Below, in pieces: positions 39,693 through 49,559 of a stretch of 64,000 nt of DNA. The notes beneath the pieces were generated by a model. It was given only the letters and a program-made list of their open reading frames with translations, was not told where the DNA came from and searched no databases. The translations under genes and the position numbers were made by a program. Every line of letters starts with the position of its first letter. Within the stretch, counting starts at the first letter, position 1. Source of the stretch: Nitrososphaerota archaeon (GTDB taxonomy: Archaea; Thermoproteota; Nitrososphaeria_A; Caldarchaeales; Calditenuaceae); assembly GCA_038845265.1 (NCBI GenBank), contig JAWBQR010000005.1, positions 32,001 to 96,000 of the forward strand. Reading direction: 5' to 3'.

Positions 39693-40388
39693 ATGGAGAT
39701 CTATGTCGGGACCTCCGGCTGGCTCTATGACTGGAACGCCGGAGGCAGCCTAGACTGGTACGTAAAGCATAGCGGGCTAAACGCCGTCGAGCTTAACATG
39801 TCCTTCTACAGGTATCCGACGAGGAGAATGGTGGAGAGCTGGTCAGAGAGGGGGAGAAGCCTTAGGTGGAGCATAAAGACCAACCGAATAATAACGCATG
39901 TCTACCGGCTAAATGAAAAGGCGATAGAGGCCTGGGATAGATTCAGGAAGATGTTCAGCCCAATGGAGGACCTAATCCATCACTACCTCTTCCAACTTCC
40001 ACCCAGCCTCGGCCCGAGGTACGCCTCACGAATAGAAAAATTCGCCTCCGTCACCCAGCTAGGGAGTAGACTAGCCCTCGAGTGGAGGAACCCAGAGTGG
40101 TTCAGAGATACATGGATAGAGTGGGCTGAAAAAATTGGTGTGACAGTCGTGAGTATAGATGCGCCAGACTTACCAAGAATAATCATGAAGAGCGGATCAG
40201 TAATATATCTCAGGATGCATGGAAGAAGGGCCTGGTATAGTCATGACTACTCGGACAGAGAGCTCGCCGAGGTGGCCAGCAGCATCGCTAAGCTATCTCC
40301 GAGCCAGGTCTATGTGTACTTCAACAATGACCACGCAATGCTCAAGAATGCCCAGAGGATGCTGAATATCCTGCTTGATATTAGCTAA
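39693..40388 (+). CDS. DUF72 family protein
   Basis: YVGTSGW.Y, VELNMSFYR.P, LFQLPPS, YLRMHG, YFNND. Confidence 0.92.
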   Translation: MEIYVGTSGWLYDWNAGGSLDWYVKHSGLNAVELNMSFYRYPTRRMVESWSERGRSLRWSIKTNRIITHVYRLNEKAIEAWDRFRKMFSPMEDLIHHYLFQLPPSLGPRYASRIEKFASVTQLGSRLALEWRNPEWFRDTWIEWAEKIGVTVVSIDAPDLPRIIMKSGSVIYLRMHGRRAWYSHDYSDRELAEVASSIAKLSPSQVYVYFNNDHAMLKNAQRMLNILLDIS

Positions 40389-40489
40389 CCCTTCGAAGAC
40401 TCCCTCTCGAAGCACTTTCCGCATATCCTCTTCCCCTTCCATAGCCTAAGGTCATCTACTTTTCTTCCGCAAAGCTCACACCTAGCCAT
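40385..40489 (-). CDS. Small zinc-finger protein (34 aa)
   Basis: Hand-translated MARCELCGRKVDDLRLWKGKRICGKCFERESSKG; G-rich SD-like GGGGAGGGAGG directly upstream. Confidence 0.7.
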   Translation of the reverse strand: MARCELCGRKVDDLRLWKGKRICGKCFERESSKG

Positions 40490-40593
40490 CCTCCCTCCCC
40501 CGACTACATACAGAGCCTCATTGGAGATTTAAGCATAATCAATTGGATGCCCAATATTTTTAAGAACGCCTAAATAATCATCTGTGATTACCC

Positions 40594-41142
40594 TTGAACA
40601 TGATTAGGTCTTTCACAGAAGCCGCAAGACGAAACGGTGCACATATACTTCAGACGCAGGGATACCGGGACACCGTGAAAGCCATAGCTAAGATTGCTGC
40701 AGAGAACAACGTCACCAGCATCGCCCTAGCACGTATACCCGAGCCGCTTCTAAGAATATTCAGAAACGAACTAGCAGAGATAAGAATGCTTGTAAATCTC
40801 GACGAACACCAGTTGGGAGAAGCCTCCAAGATTGCGGAGAATGTGGAGATGGGAGTCACGATGGTCGATGCAGGATTAGCAGAAGTAGGGTCGGTAATCA
40901 TTATGAATAGCTATTCTGCTAGGTTGGCATCTACGCTTCCAAGAAGACTTGCCGCAATCCTGCCAGTCAGGAACATTCTAGCAACTTATGAAGAGTTGGC
41001 TGAATATCTCTCGAGGAGATACACCGAGGCCGGCTCCGCTATCTTGATAGCCGGGCCGAGCGGGACATCAGACATCGAGATGACACATATCAGAGGCGTC
41101 CATGGACCGGCTGATGCCTATTTCATCCTAATGGAGGAGTAG
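40594..41142 (+). CDS. LUD/LutC family lactate utilisation protein
   Basis: GLAE.GS, STLP, IAGPSGTSDIE...GVHGP. Confidence 0.88.
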   Translation: MNMIRSFTEAARRNGAHILQTQGYRDTVKAIAKIAAENNVTSIALARIPEPLLRIFRNELAEIRMLVNLDEHQLGEASKIAENVEMGVTMVDAGLAEVGSVIIMNSYSARLASTLPRRLAAILPVRNILATYEELAEYLSRRYTEAGSAILIAGPSGTSDIEMTHIRGVHGPADAYFILMEE

Positions 41143-41146
41143 AGAT

Positions 41147-43225
41147 ATGAGTAGCCTAAGAGAACTCGTTGCTGAGGCTATAAAGAATAAAAATCGAATA
41201 AACACGCTCTGGAGCTCTCTTCAATTGATGCTTGAGTCTAGACAAGTCGTTATGTCTGAGCTTGGTCCTGATGCTCTTCCTCAACTAATGGAGACAAGGA
41301 AATACACCGCAGAAAATATTGAAGCACTGGTAGAGAAGCTTGTTGAGAGCGTCAAGAAGGCCGGGGGAAATGTCTACATAGCGAGAACCGCCGAGGAGGC
41401 AAGTAACTACATCGCTGGCCTAGCAAGGAGCAGAGGAGTAAAACTAGTCGTCAAGTCGAAATCCATGACAACTGAGGAGATTATGCTTAACAAGGTTCTT
41501 GAAGAGACGGGGGTAGAGGTTGTCGAGACGGACCTCGGGGAATGGATAGTACAGCTCGCCGGCCATAGGCCCTCACATATCATTGCGCCCGCAGTACATC
41601 TTAGCAGGGCCGAGATCGCAGAGATACTCTCAAGCAGGCTTGGAATAAGAGTAGACCCGGACCCGACAGCTATAACCCGAACTGCTCAGAGGGTACTGAG
41701 AGAAAAGTTCCTATCAGCAGACATGGGAATAACGGGCGCAAATATCTTGGTAGCCGAGACGGGAGCGGCAATGATAGTGACAAACGAGGGGAACGGCAGA
41801 TTCGTGACCACTTTCCCAAAGATACTGGTTACGGTTGCAGGCGTCGAGAAGATCGTGAGGGATTGGAGAGACGCCATCAATATTCTCAGAGTCCTGGCAA
41901 GGAGCGCCACTGGAAAACAGACCTCAATATACGTCTCCATCTTCGGTCCAAGGAGGACCAGCATCAGGGGAGGAGAAGACTCAGAGTATCATCTCGTATT
42001 GCTAGATAATGGTAGGATAAGTGCAGAGAAATCACCTTGGCTCTCAGAGACTCTTAGATGTATTAGATGCTCCGCATGTTTCAATGTATGCCCCACGTAT
42101 AGAATCGTCGGTGGACATGTCTTCGGAGACATTTATACTGGCCCGATAGGAGTTCTCTGGACAGCCGTCACGCGTGGATTAGAGAGAGCCGCAGAGATCT
42201 CTCCACTATGCGTCTCATGCGGTCTCTGCAAAGAGACTTGCCCCGTCAGCATCGATATACCCATGACGATTTCATGGATAAAGAATGAAAAGGGAAATAA
42301 GACAAGAACCGACTGGGGATTATCAATGTATGAATTATACACCAAGGCTGGGTCAAGGATGTCTGGACTCTTCAACTGGATTGGAAAATCCAAAATAGCG
42401 AGAAAACTCATGGAGATGATAGTCGGCATCGACTCGAGGAGACCGCTTCCTGAATTCATAGGAGGCTCATTCTTTGAGCACATCCCAACAAATGGGGTGA
42501 AGGACGGCAATCTTAAAGTCGCCTACTTCGTAGATACTTATGCAGCATACATTGACTGGAGGTTGGCGGAAAAAGCCGTAAAGATTCTTAGTTATCTCGG
42601 CGTAGAAGTAGTCGTCCCACCTCAGGAGGGCTCGGGCATGCCCCTCATCCAGTATGGATTCCAAGAGAAGGCCAAGAGAATTGCGGAGAGGAATATCTCG
42701 AGTCTCTATCCATATGTAGAGGATGGCTACAAGATAATATGCACAGAGCCTAGTGCGGCATATTGCATTAAAGCGGCCTATCCTAAACTTCTTGGAACTC
42801 AAGAGGCCGAGGCAGTCGCAAAGAACACCTATGACTACATAGACTACATCGTCAGGACAGGGCTCTACAAGAAACTCAAGCCAGGGACTACAGATGGCTC
42901 CGCTGTCTTTTATCACTACCCATGCCACGGAAGAACAGCAGCTCCAGGCGCACCCACAGTAAAACTCCTCGAGAACCTCGGCTACAGAGTCTATACAAGG
43001 GACTATGGTTGCTGCGGCATGGCAGGCACATGGGGAATGAGAAAAGGACCAATCGGATACGACATGAGCATAGAAATAGGGAGAAGAGTCGTAGAGATGA
43101 TCCAATCGACAGGCGCCAAGACAATAGTCACGGAGAGCAGCGTATGTCCAATACAGTTCAGACAACTAACAAGCCTCGAGATAAAACACCCAGTCCAAAT
43201 TATAGCTGAAAAACTAAAACTCTAA
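41147..43225 (+). CDS. LutB-type lactate utilisation Fe-S protein fused to CCG (LutA/GlpC-like) domains
   Basis: KSKSM..EEI, ETDLGEWI, NEGN, CIRCSACFNVCP, CVSCGLCKETCP, YHYPCH, CCGMAG. Confidence 0.9.
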   Translation: MSSLRELVAEAIKNKNRINTLWSSLQLMLESRQVVMSELGPDALPQLMETRKYTAENIEALVEKLVESVKKAGGNVYIARTAEEASNYIAGLARSRGVKLVVKSKSMTTEEIMLNKVLEETGVEVVETDLGEWIVQLAGHRPSHIIAPAVHLSRAEIAEILSSRLGIRVDPDPTAITRTAQRVLREKFLSADMGITGANILVAETGAAMIVTNEGNGRFVTTFPKILVTVAGVEKIVRDWRDAINILRVLARSATGKQTSIYVSIFGPRRTSIRGGEDSEYHLVLLDNGRISAEKSPWLSETLRCIRCSACFNVCPTYRIVGGHVFGDIYTGPIGVLWTAVTRGLERAAEISPLCVSCGLCKETCPVSIDIPMTISWIKNEKGNKTRTDWGLSMYELYTKAGSRMSGLFNWIGKSKIARKLMEMIVGIDSRRPLPEFIGGSFFEHIPTNGVKDGNLKVAYFVDTYAAYIDWRLAEKAVKILSYLGVEVVVPPQEGSGMPLIQYGFQEKAKRIAERNISSLYPYVEDGYKIICTEPSAAYCIKAAYPKLLGTQEAEAVAKNTYDYIDYIVRTGLYKKLKPGTTDGSAVFYHYPCHGRTAAPGAPTVKLLENLGYRVYTRDYGCCGMAGTWGMRKGPIGYDMSIEIGRRVVEMIQSTGAKTIVTESSVCPIQFRQLTSLEIKHPVQIIAEKLKL

Positions 43226-43240
43226 CATATAATACAGATT

Positions 43241-44113
43241 CTATATTATTTGTGTTAGTGGGTCGACTATTCTTAGTCTGGTTATGTGTCTCTGGAGCGT
43301 GACAGCGATGATTATTGCAGGAATAGTGGCCAATAGGTTTGCGACTGCGAAGATCGATAATCCAATATTCATTGTGAACATTGTTGCTAGTACTGTTGGT
43401 AGTGTTTGTGCTTTTGATCCTGTTGTTAGTATCCATGCCATTATGAATTCGTTCCATGATGTTAGGAATGCTATTATTGCGCAGGTTGCTATTCCTGACG
43501 ATGCCACTGGCAGCACTATCTTTATGAATGCTCCCATTCTTGAGAATCCATCTATCCTTGCCTGTTTCTCCAGCTCTCTCGGAAGCGTCGCGAAGAAGCC
43601 CATCAGTATCCAGGTGATTAGTGGAATGATTAGGCTGAGATGAGCGATTATCAATCCGAGATGAGTACCTAGCAGTCCTAAACTCTTGAAAAGGATGAAG
43701 TATGGGATAACTATTGAGATAGGTGGCAGCGTCCTAGTACCAAGTATAAGCATCAGCAATGCGTTACGTTTTGGGACATTATATCTCCCTAAAACATATC
43801 CAGCTGGGACACTTACGCCCATAGCTATCAGAGTTACTATAGAGGCAATGATTGCAGAGTTTGTTAACCCCTCGACTACTGGGTAGCCAGCCGGTCTCAG
43901 CATCTCTCCAGTTATTCCCGGAGCAGGAAATCCAAGCACCCTCAATATGTTTGAGAATGTCGGATTTGTAGGTATGATCTGCGGCGGCCTAGAGACAACA
44001 TCCGTCTCCCACATAAATGCTGCTACGAGTATATAGTATAGAGGAAGCAAGCTCCAGAGAACAAGCATAACCGCAATAATGATTAAGCAAGCTTTTCTCT
44101 TCAACTTCACCAA
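43241..44113 (-). CDS. Carbohydrate ABC transporter permease (MalG-like)
   Basis: LPRELEKQARIDG (EAA loop), FLTSWNEF. Confidence 0.9.
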   Translation of the reverse strand: MVKLKRKACLIIIAVMLVLWSLLPLYYILVAAFMWETDVVSRPPQIIPTNPTFSNILRVLGFPAPGITGEMLRPAGYPVVEGLTNSAIIASIVTLIAMGVSVPAGYVLGRYNVPKRNALLMLILGTRTLPPISIVIPYFILFKSLGLLGTHLGLIIAHLSLIIPLITWILMGFFATLPRELEKQARIDGFSRMGAFIKIVLPVASSGIATCAIIAFLTSWNEFIMAWILTTGSKAQTLPTVLATMFTMNIGLSIFAVANLLATIPAIIIAVTLQRHITRLRIVDPLTQII

Positions 44114-44244
44114 ATTTTTTCAAATCGTCTTATTTAAGACTTTTTTGTTTTTAGCTAATTTTTGAGATCAAGGGGAAACACTGCTAAGGCTTAGAGATTT
44201 TTATGAAAAATATAAGTATAGCATTTTAAGACTGATATTCGGCA

Positions 44245-44814
44245 ATGGTGGAGACTGTTCTTCCCTATGATGGTAGAGAGTATTATGAGCTCAATATTGC
44301 TGGTCTCAAGAGAAACTTACCATTACTCAAGGTTAGTGATGACACATGGATTGCATATTTTGATAGTTTAGGTGATAAGGAATTCATCTCACACTGCGCG
44401 AAGATACTTGCTGAGAGACTGGTGGGGAGTGAAGTTCTCATGACTTCTGAGAGCAAAGGCATCCCGCTTGTACACGAGATTGCAGGCCTCCTAAACCACC
44501 GCTACTACATCGTTGCAAGAAAAGAGGTGAAACCCTTCATGAGTAATCCGCTCGTCGTTGAGTGCAAGCCAATCACGAGCAAAACCACGGTGAGGTTAAG
44601 CATCGATGGACGATACATCCCGAGGCTTAAGGATAAGAAAGTATCAATCGTCGACGACATCGTCAGCACAAGAGAAACAATGAGCGCACTCGAAGAATTA
44701 GCAAAGAAAGCCGGCGCAGTAATATACAAGAAGGTTGCAATTCTGGTAGAGGGCGCCACATATAATGATGTCGAATACTTAGGGATTCTCCCAATATTTA
44801 AGAAGACTACTTAG
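44245..44814 (+). CDS. Purine phosphoribosyltransferase family protein
   Basis: ESKGIPL, VARK, IVDDIVST. Confidence 0.88.
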   Translation: MVETVLPYDGREYYELNIAGLKRNLPLLKVSDDTWIAYFDSLGDKEFISHCAKILAERLVGSEVLMTSESKGIPLVHEIAGLLNHRYYIVARKEVKPFMSNPLVVECKPITSKTTVRLSIDGRYIPRLKDKKVSIVDDIVSTRETMSALEELAKKAGAVIYKKVAILVEGATYNDVEYLGILPIFKKTT

Positions 44815-44925
44815 CGTATAGAGTAAAAAATATAATTCTAGTATCCTCTACATACTCTTGTTATAATATTGAGGGATATTTTATAGTAGTGTTTAATCTG
44901 TTTTAGTGGCCAATCGTTAAAAGAG

Positions 44926-46143
44926 GTGAGTCAGGTTTGCTGGATGCAGATGCAGAAAGTATTGTTGGTTTCAAGCTGGACGCTGGAGGATTCGTGGAAG
45001 TTTGCAGGCAACAATTGGGGGATTGGGCTCCATAGGCTCTGCTCGAGGACAGGGTCGTTCCCCCCCTCGTTGGCATACTACTTTGTAGAGAAGTATTCAA
45101 GCCCCGGTGAAGTCGTCTTTGACCCTTTCTCGGGAAAAGGCACGGCTCCACTAGAGGCCTGCAGGTCGGGCAGGATTGGAATAGGAAATGACCTCGCCCC
45201 TGAGGCTTACGTAATTACTCATGCAAAGGTCAGGCCTGTACCGACTACAGAAGTGGTTAAGTGGGCAAAGAAGAACAGATACTTTGTTGAAAACTACAGA
45301 AAGAATGACGCGCCAGAAGAGGTAGAGATATTCTTCAGCAAGTATACGCTTAGGCAGCTTCTCGCTGTAAGGGAGCTGTTAATGGATGATGACTCTGATC
45401 TCGGATTATTCGTCAAGGCTGTCTTGCTCGGAATTCTTCACGGCTCAAGTACTCTCAGCCTCTCTGTAAAGTGTTCTCACTCGTTCTCGATGGCTCCTAG
45501 TTATGTTGAGAGGTCTATTCATAGGCTTGGGTTAAAGAAGCCGAGGCGAAACGTTCTTGACTGCATTGTAAGGAGGGCGCTGACACTGATGGATGGATAT
45601 GCTCCCCCAATTAGAGGCGCCGCATTCATGCGAGATGCTAGGCAAACTGGCCTTAGAGAGGAGTCTGTAGACCTGATCATCACTTCACCTCCTTACTTCA
45701 ACATGCAGACCTATGCGTGGGATAACTGGCTGAGACTATGGTTTCTTGGATATGACTATAAAGAGATAGCTAAGAGGCTCTTCCACACGGGCTCAATTGA
45801 GAGATTCAGAGAATTCATCCGCGAAGCGTTAAGGGAGATGTACAGGGTTCTGAAATGGGATAAGCCATGCTTCATGGTGCTCGGAATAGTTAGGCTAAGA
45901 GGAGAGAGGATAAATATGGCTGATATCGTCGCGCCCATTGCGGAGGAGGTTGGCTTCACACCTGTCAGAATAATCATGGACAACATCCCGCGTGAGAACA
46001 AGTACTTGATGTATTTGAGGGAAGACCAGGGCGTCAGTAGGGAGGTGATCCTTGAGCTTCATAAGGGAGAAGCCGTGGAGAGAGATGTCTCGATAGATTG
46101 GGGGCGCGGAGTGGCTCTTGAAAAGAGGGTGGTAATTGCTTGA
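44926..46143 (+). CDS. DNA amino-methyltransferase (likely N4-cytosine)
   Basis: FPPSL, VFDPFSGKGT (motif I) before TSPPY (motif IV), EMYRVLK; start may be ATG 44944 or 44950. Confidence 0.88.
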   Translation: MSQVCWMQMQKVLLVSSWTLEDSWKFAGNNWGIGLHRLCSRTGSFPPSLAYYFVEKYSSPGEVVFDPFSGKGTAPLEACRSGRIGIGNDLAPEAYVITHAKVRPVPTTEVVKWAKKNRYFVENYRKNDAPEEVEIFFSKYTLRQLLAVRELLMDDDSDLGLFVKAVLLGILHGSSTLSLSVKCSHSFSMAPSYVERSIHRLGLKKPRRNVLDCIVRRALTLMDGYAPPIRGAAFMRDARQTGLREESVDLIITSPPYFNMQTYAWDNWLRLWFLGYDYKEIAKRLFHTGSIERFREFIREALREMYRVLKWDKPCFMVLGIVRLRGERINMADIVAPIAEEVGFTPVRIIMDNIPRENKYLMYLREDQGVSREVILELHKGEAVERDVSIDWGRGVALEKRVVIA

Positions 46144-47273
46144 TGCTGGAGACTCATGGCGAGGTATGCAGGCTAGGATACCTCAGACTGATAGCGTCTA
46201 TCGCTAAGAGTAATGGAACATCTACAGAGATCAGCTCTGACTTCATTGCCTCGATACTCGAGGACGCAGTCAAGAAGTCCGAGAGTATTGCAAACCACTC
46301 GCCCAGGCCCAATGTTATCGGCCTAATCAAGAGTAGAGTGACTGCTCGTAACTATGTCACGCTTGCGAGGGGACTGAAGATTCTTGATCCTTATGGAAGG
46401 GGGCTCGACATTAATGGCCTTATCTATACATCTCTTAGGAGTGCCTCTAAGTTTGATGCCTTTCTGCGTGGCGAGACTGTGCTATCACATAGAGACTTGA
46501 TAACTCTTAACCAGGTTGAGAAGTTCTTCTTCCTATACGTGGTCACTGTTCATGATTACTTGATAATGCCCGGATTGATCAGGTGGCTGTGTAATCAGTC
46601 AAGCCTGACTAGGATGGAGGGAATGAACTACTTAATGGAGGAGCTCTATCCACAGGCACTGAAGGCCCTTTCCATGGCGGCGAGTAAGAAGAGAAGAGCC
46701 GAGCTCATGGCTAAGCTTGATGAAGCGATGAGCTATAGAGAGAAGAGACTAAAATACTCGTCCAAGACTGAGTGGATCAGGAGCAGCCTATACGCAAAGT
46801 ATAGACATATCGCGCCTCCTAGACTGGAGTGGCTGGTAGACTTGGACTTGCTTGAGAGACAGGGTAGAGGCAGGTACGAAGTCTCGGAGCTTCTTAAAAA
46901 CTATAGAGAGATAATAACCAGAGCTCTGAGCCACTCTCCTATGAATCTTGTCCATCAGCTCTTCACCAACATTGCGCCACTTTATGCCTCTTACGCGGGT
47001 AAGCCGTCTAGGCAGATTGTAATCACTGAGCTGCTTAATAGCTACCATGTACTCTCTAATCAAGAGCGTAGGCCCGTGAAGTTGCAACTTCTCGAGGTTG
47101 TCACGAGTTTTAGACTTCTTGAGAATAATTACTTGTCAACGCCAAGGGCTGTTCATGAGGCGATAAATAGTCTCGCAGTCGTTTATCCCGACAAGATATT
47201 TATCTCTCCTGGCATGGATGAAGAATTATACGTTACACGAATAGATATTAGTCAGAAGGAGCTCAATATGTAG
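46140..47273 (+). CDS. Hypothetical protein, translationally coupled to the methyltransferase, possibly multi-wHTH
   Basis: Start overlaps the MTase stop (TTGATG); helix-wing-like segments ARNYVTLARGLKIL and RLEWLVDLDLLERQGRGRYEV. Confidence 0.7.
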   Translation: MMLETHGEVCRLGYLRLIASIAKSNGTSTEISSDFIASILEDAVKKSESIANHSPRPNVIGLIKSRVTARNYVTLARGLKILDPYGRGLDINGLIYTSLRSASKFDAFLRGETVLSHRDLITLNQVEKFFFLYVVTVHDYLIMPGLIRWLCNQSSLTRMEGMNYLMEELYPQALKALSMAASKKRRAELMAKLDEAMSYREKRLKYSSKTEWIRSSLYAKYRHIAPPRLEWLVDLDLLERQGRGRYEVSELLKNYREIITRALSHSPMNLVHQLFTNIAPLYASYAGKPSRQIVITELLNSYHVLSNQERRPVKLQLLEVVTSFRLLENNYLSTPRAVHEAINSLAVVYPDKIFISPGMDEELYVTRIDISQKELNM

Positions 47274-47284
47274 TCCAATTTGTA

Positions 47285-47857
47285 TTATGGCATTTTTATG
47301 GAGACGTACCAGTAGAGAAATTCTTTCAGGGCCTTTGACCTATGTGAGATCGCGTTTTTCTCCTCGAGAGACATTTCTGCGAATGTCCTTCCATCTCCTT
47401 CTAGTGGAATAAATATTGGGTCGAAGCCGAAGCCCCCAGTTCCCCTAGGCTCTATAGCTATCACTCCGTTACACCTTCCCTTGAAGATTTTTAGTTCATG
47501 TGTTTTAGAGACATAGCATATTGTCGAGAGGAAGTACGCAGCTCTCTCGTCTACTCCACTCAGAAGTTTTAGTAAGCCATTGCATCCTAGCTTGGAGTAT
47601 ACGTATGAGGAGTATGGTCCTGGAAAGCCCTTGAGACTCTCTATGAATAGCCCAGCATCCTCGATCAGAAGTTCTCCCTCATAGAGCCTAGCCGCTTCGA
47701 TTGCTGATGCCTTCACAATCTCTTCGAGATCTTCTGACTGTATCTCGGTTAGTTTGGCTTTTATCCATTCAGGTTCTAGGCCATTGGTGTAAAGCAGTTC
47801 TTGGAATTCTCTCCATTTTCCCGGATTGCTTGTCACTACGCGTATTCTAGGCCTCAT
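47285..47857 (-). CDS. XTP/dITP diphosphatase (HAM1/RdgB)
   Basis: TSNPGK..E, EDAGL, GFPGPYS, GFGFDPIF, SHR. Confidence 0.95.
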   Translation of the reverse strand: MRPRIRVVTSNPGKWREFQELLYTNGLEPEWIKAKLTEIQSEDLEEIVKASAIEAARLYEGELLIEDAGLFIESLKGFPGPYSSYVYSKLGCNGLLKLLSGVDERAAYFLSTICYVSKTHELKIFKGRCNGVIAIEPRGTGGFGFDPIFIPLEGDGRTFAEMSLEEKNAISHRSKALKEFLYWYVSIKMP

Positions 47858-48518
47858 GCTTCAGACCCCTCTCGATATATCTGGCCCGCCTTCTAATCTC
47901 TAGCACTCTCTGATAGACCTGTCCAGAATATTCGTGTCCCACTATTGACTCGTAGCCCTTCATGAATCTCTGCATAAATTCATCCACTACTCCTGGATGG
48001 TTTGCCTTTAGGCTTCTCTCAAGTAAATGAACGTCGATTGCGTGTTCCTCTATCTCTGAGGAGAATCCGCTTAGCCCGAAATCTATGAGCACTGGATGGC
48101 TGTCCGAGACCATAATGTTTGATGGGACTACGTCTCCATGGTATATTCCTCCACTATGCATCTTTCCAATCATCTCTCCAATCCTTTCAGCCATTGTCAA
48201 TGCCTGACTAGGCTCGCTCGTCAGGATATCGCGCAAGTCACGTCCCTCGATGAACTGGATGTAGAGCGTGCTTGTGGCGAGCTCCACATGTACGACTGCT
48301 GGGCAGGAGACACCAAGCATCTTAGCCCTATGCATCACCCTCGCCTCGTTTATTGTCCTCTTCTTCCTGATCTCCCTGTCTAGGTCTGGATGTCGGTAAG
48401 GCTTCGGGACACGCTGCTTAGCAATCAGTAATAATCCCCTCCACAATACTTTGTGGATGACCGCCTCTGCGCCTATCTTTATTAGTTCAAGTTTTATGAA
48501 TTCTTCCTGCCCGCCCAT
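47847..48518 (-). CDS. bud32: KEOPS kinase Bud32
   Basis: GAEA, K.R.PK.YR, HGD, IDFGL, RARY. Confidence 0.93.
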   Translation of the reverse strand: MGGQEEFIKLELIKIGAEAVIHKVLWRGLLLIAKQRVPKPYRHPDLDREIRKKRTINEARVMHRAKMLGVSCPAVVHVELATSTLYIQFIEGRDLRDILTSEPSQALTMAERIGEMIGKMHSGGIYHGDVVPSNIMVSDSHPVLIDFGLSGFSSEIEEHAIDVHLLERSLKANHPGVVDEFMQRFMKGYESIVGHEYSGQVYQRVLEIRRRARYIERGLKHEA

Positions 48519-49498
48519 GGTGCTTCCTCCTCATCTATCCTAAGCTTAGGTCTAACTCTGCTTTCAGATACCTCGATTGTTAGTCCATGCATGTATTTCA
48601 GTATGCCTGTCCACGCAATCATGGCGCCATTATCGCCGAGAAACTCATCTTTGACGTATAGTTGCGTTGCGTCATGAAGCTTCACCATCTCATCAATCAT
48701 CTCTCGAAGTCTCCTACTTCGTGCAAGGCCTCCAACAGTCATCACTTCTTTCTTTAAAGTCAATGCAAGCGCCCTCTCAAGGACCTCGACGAGCATCGCA
48801 TAGACAGCCTCAGTTATGGAGAGCGAGACATCCTCCACTGGTACTCCAGACCTAATCAGCTTCTTCGCCGCTGTCAATAGTCCGGAGAATGAGACATCCA
48901 TCCCCTTCACCTTTACTGGCAGTGGGTGGAGAGACTTGCCCTTCCTAGCCGCTATCTCCGGCGAGGGCATAGGGCCTATGCCTGCAAATATTCCGAAGGC
49001 GTCGAGACAGTTACCCGCAGCAATGTCCAGCGTCTCTCCGAATATTCGATACCTCCCCTCATGGTAGGCCGTGACGAGCGTATTGCCACCAGCAACGTAA
49101 AGCACAAGGGGGTCCGAGCCCTTGCTTACTAGTTTTCCAATCTCGATATGGGCTAAACCGTGATTAACCGCTACTAGTGGTCTGTTTAGCCTAAGTGCAA
49201 GTGCCCTAGCAATTGTCGCGCCGGTCCTTAGACACGGCCCGAGACCCGGCCCGATTGAAAACGCAATAACGTCTATGTTCTCTATGCTGATCGCGGCTCT
49301 CTGCAATGCCCTCCTCAATACCTCGTGGGCCACGTATGCATGGTGCTGAGCAGCCTCTCTTGGATGTATGCCTCCAGTCCTTGGTCTATAGATTTCCAGC
49401 TCGTTCGAGAGTATCTCTCCACCAGACGTAACGATGCCGAACCCTATAGTATGCGCCGTCGACTCTATGCCGAGGCAGACCAACGAATTTCCCAACAA
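48494..49498 (-). CDS. kae1: tRNA t6A threonylcarbamoyltransferase Kae1
   Basis: GIESTAHT, GPGLGPCL, VNH..AHIE, GETLD, DNGAMIA. Confidence 0.96.
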   Translation of the reverse strand: MLGNSLVCLGIESTAHTIGFGIVTSGGEILSNELEIYRPRTGGIHPREAAQHHAYVAHEVLRRALQRAAISIENIDVIAFSIGPGLGPCLRTGATIARALALRLNRPLVAVNHGLAHIEIGKLVSKGSDPLVLYVAGGNTLVTAYHEGRYRIFGETLDIAAGNCLDAFGIFAGIGPMPSPEIAARKGKSLHPLPVKVKGMDVSFSGLLTAAKKLIRSGVPVEDVSLSITEAVYAMLVEVLERALALTLKKEVMTVGGLARSRRLREMIDEMVKLHDATQLYVKDEFLGDNGAMIAWTGILKYMHGLTIEVSESRVRPKLRIDEEEAPWAGRKNS

Positions 49499-49559
49499 GC
49501 CTTAGCTATCAAATAAATCAATGCTGCCTGCTTAAAAATCATGAATTTTTCCTGAATAC

